Assembly: GCA_024704765.1 (NCBI GenBank)
Contig: JAKMXF010000110.1
Span: 744,001-808,000, forward strand
Origin: Oopsacas minuta
Lineage: Eukaryota > Animalia > Porifera
DNA: 64,000 nucleotides
Direction: 5' to 3'
The translations under genes were made by a program, and so were the position numbers. Of this stretch, positions 61,346 to 64,000 are shown piece after piece. The notes under the pieces were generated by a model, which did not search any database, was not told where the DNA came from, and saw only the letters and a program-made list of their open reading frames with translations. How positions within the stretch are numbered: the first letter of the stretch is position 1; each line of letters begins with the position of its first letter.

Positions 61346-63526
61346 ATGGCAACCCCATCCCTTGTAAAGAATGTCAAGCACACAATGTTCACTACACCAG
61401 AGAGTACCCGTCGTCCCCTGCATGAGACCTATGAGGTAGGGAGGGAGATAGGTAAGGGGAGTTATGGTAACGTGTTTAGAGCTACACATAAACACACGGG
61501 ACTAGTCTGTGCTGTAAAAGTTATACAGAAAGATAAGGTAATACATTTGTATTAGTGGACTATGGATATGTTATTTATTGTTTGTTGTTTAGGCAGATAA
61601 GAGGTTTAACAGATTTGTAGATAATGAATTGGAAATATTAAAGTTTGTCAAACACAGACATATTGTAGCTCTACTCGAGATTATGGAGACCCCAGATGTT
61701 AGTTATTGTTGTTTATTATTTTAGTACGAACACCAAAATATGTTCGCTTTATCCGGCATTGTAGAGACCTGATTATGTGTAATTACTGGTTGTCTTATCG
61801 GGAAATTTGTATAGAACTTCTACCTGGTAACAGAACTATGTGATGGAGGGGAACTAGAGACTAAAATATATCCAGAAGAGGTACACAACTAACTGACTAA
61901 TGTTGATGGTGATTACATTCCATTTAACCGTTTAGGAAGTCAAGATAATAATCTCCAGACTAGTGGATGTTGTGCAATATTTACACACTAATAGTTAGTT
62001 ATTATTGTTTACTTCATTTTTTAGCTATAAACTTAGTATTTTGAAGGTGTGTGGAATGTGATACATCTAGGAGCATATCAGTATATTTAAGAGATATTAA
62101 TAATAATCTCCGAGATATGACATAATGTGTCTGTCCTATCAGATTTGAGTATTTGTCCAGTACAGCTGATATTCTATTAGTTAAATTTATTTGTATTTAT
62201 TCTTAACACCTTCTGAGATTATAATTCAATTTATTTTTGCCTGTTCTATTTATAGATTTGGTACATAGAGATATTAAACCTGAGAATATTCTGCTAGCTA
62301 AGAACACAGATGATCAATTTGATATAAGAGTTAGTTATAATGTTAATGGACCATGGATTATGAGTTTAATAATATAATTCTATTTCTATAGTTGGGAGAT
62401 TTTGGATTGTCTTGTTATAAAGGGACAGAGGACATGCTCTTGGACTCATGTGGTACCCCTCTATACATGGGTAAGTAACCCTATCCTATTGCACCATATT
62501 ATTCTTATAATTATATTAATTATAGCTCCAGAGGTGTTAAAGAACCTTGCTTATAGTGATAAGTGTGACATATGGAGTATAGGCGTTATAATGTATCAGC
62601 TGTAAGTTATATTTATAGTATACATTCCTATCTTACTTATTGGTTGCTAGTCTTACAGGTGTTGATAGTATGGTGCTTAACTCAATGCTACAAGACGATT
62701 GGTTGGATTATGAACTGTTAACTAACTCTTCTAAGGAAGGTATTTGTTTGTTTGCTTGTTTATTTATTTATTTATTTATTTGTGTTTGTTTAGCTCAGAA
62801 TTTGTTAAAAAGAATGCTAACACACAATCCAGCTAATCGAGACTCAGCTAGTGAAGTTCTACACAACCCGTGGATAACCGTTAGTAGCCAATCATTTTGT
62901 TTACTTATTTGTTGTTATTTATGTGTTTGCAGGGTGATTCTTATAACGGAGAAGTGAGAATGAATGTGTTAGAATTAATGGAACAAATGAATACTGAAAA
63001 TACTCAAACAGTTAAGAAGGATAATGAACCGATTAAAGTTAAACCTCAAATAATTAGTAAACAGGTATACATGTATTCTGTTATGATTAATCATATTTTC
63101 ACACCTTTCATACAGACTAGTTTCTTGTTAAAATCTCATCACACTACCAGACCAGCATCTGTACACCCTCCTATGAGGAAGGTGTGTTTGTTGTTTATTT
63201 GTTGGTTATTTGTTTGTTTATTTGTTTATTTGTTTACTTATCACTCAGACATCTCATCAAGTTAGAATGCGGACAAGCATGACAACAGTTAGTTACCCTT
63301 ATACACCATAGGAATTTATGATTTATTCTATACATGTCCCCAGGACAAATACGACCCCAGGAGACTAACTAACCCAGAAATTCTGAACCGTCCCACTACC
63401 TCTCTCTCCCCCTCCCGTCACCAGACAGGGGGTATACCCTCCTATATGCAGGACACTAAATCTAGTCGTATAGCTAAAGAAACAACTGATTCCAGAGGTG
63501 TTAAGAGGAAAACTATTGTACATTAA
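61346..63526 (+). CDS. STK33: Serine/threonine kinase 33-like (CAMK group), multi-exon
   Basis: IGKGSYGNV..AVK; DLVHRDIKPENILL; GDFGL...SCGTPLYM|APEVL...CDIWSIGVIMY; PWIT|GDSYNGEVRMNVLELM (STK33-type NVLEMM); PSYMQDTKSSR tail; stop at 63526. Confidence 0.8.
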
Positions 63527-63757
63527 TTACTTCTTTTTATGATTTATTTTATCTGAACAGAAATACTCACATTAAACTCTTGGACTATGGATATGTTATC
63601 ATTATTTAATACCAACGAGGTAACCATGATAACTGGGACATACCACCTCACAAAAGCACGTTAAGGATGTAGTATGTGATTATATATTATGTCCCCCTGT
63701 AGGAGGGTGTAAAATATGAATAATCACTAATAATATATCACTTTTACAATTAGAATT

Positions 63758-63990
63758 ATGTCCTCACTTGATGGTAGCACGTATACGGGGGACAATTCAG
63801 GTATCCCCTTGGATCTAGCATGGGTAGAGATGAGTAGGGTTAATCTCCCTGCTCTGATAAGAAGAGCAGATTCTCATATGACACGCAGGAGTATAAAGAA
63901 GGAATGGCAAGCAGCTTGGTTACTCAGAGCTGTTACTTGTATAGATCTTACTACTCTTGATGGTGATGATACTCCAGGAAATGTAAATAG
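63758..63990 (+). CDS. DERA: Deoxyribose-phosphate aldolase, first exon; absent from the ORF track and continues beyond the window
   Basis: MSSLDG...LDLAWV..RVNLPALIRRA..RRSIKKEWQAAWLLRAVTCIDLTTLDGDDTPGNVNR|gt matches the animal DERA N-terminus. Confidence 0.93.
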
Positions 63991-64000
63991 GTATATATTA

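Noticed and set aside
1-64000. Selenoprotein genes near tRNA-Sec, and bacterial-type systems (CRISPR, operons, prophage)
   Set aside because: No in-frame UGA within a conserved domain was seen in the genes I reconstructed. All recognised genes are eukaryotic.

Overview
AT-rich, gene-dense eukaryotic DNA with short GT-AG introns and metazoan genes. Compact introns, intronless coiled-coil/NHL and GABA-B-like expansions, and AIF1 suggest a sponge, plausibly a glass sponge (inference only). The main observation is that two spliced genes, an ALIX/HD-PTP V-domain gene and CHEK2, are each cut in two with the halves on opposite strands. The break intervals fall on a ~1.35 kb inverted pair of NHL-repeat genes (2103-3455 and ~9785-11115). 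Flipping the segment between the copies restores both genes in the correct splice phase and makes one NHL copy fully intact. This is either a real or polymorphic inversion or a misassembly. Other content: AIF1; TOM7; a tandem array of intronless coiled-coil genes with unrelated C-terminal tails; a carboxylesterase; TNPO3 spanning 17 kb with four nested intronless genes (unknown coiled-coil protein, NUDT6, two near-identical class C GPCRs); a GLD2-type poly(A) polymerase with two apparent alternative first exons; RBM8A; a plant-like Tim21-type gene; tRNA-Sec; an LRR-EGF-mucin membrane receptor; STK33; and the first exon of DERA. Several MITE families are present. Many start codons have a splice-acceptor-like YAG 0-4 nt upstream, consistent with SL trans-splicing or 5'UTR introns. 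Exon coordinates were read by hand; all homology calls are from memory, not database searches.
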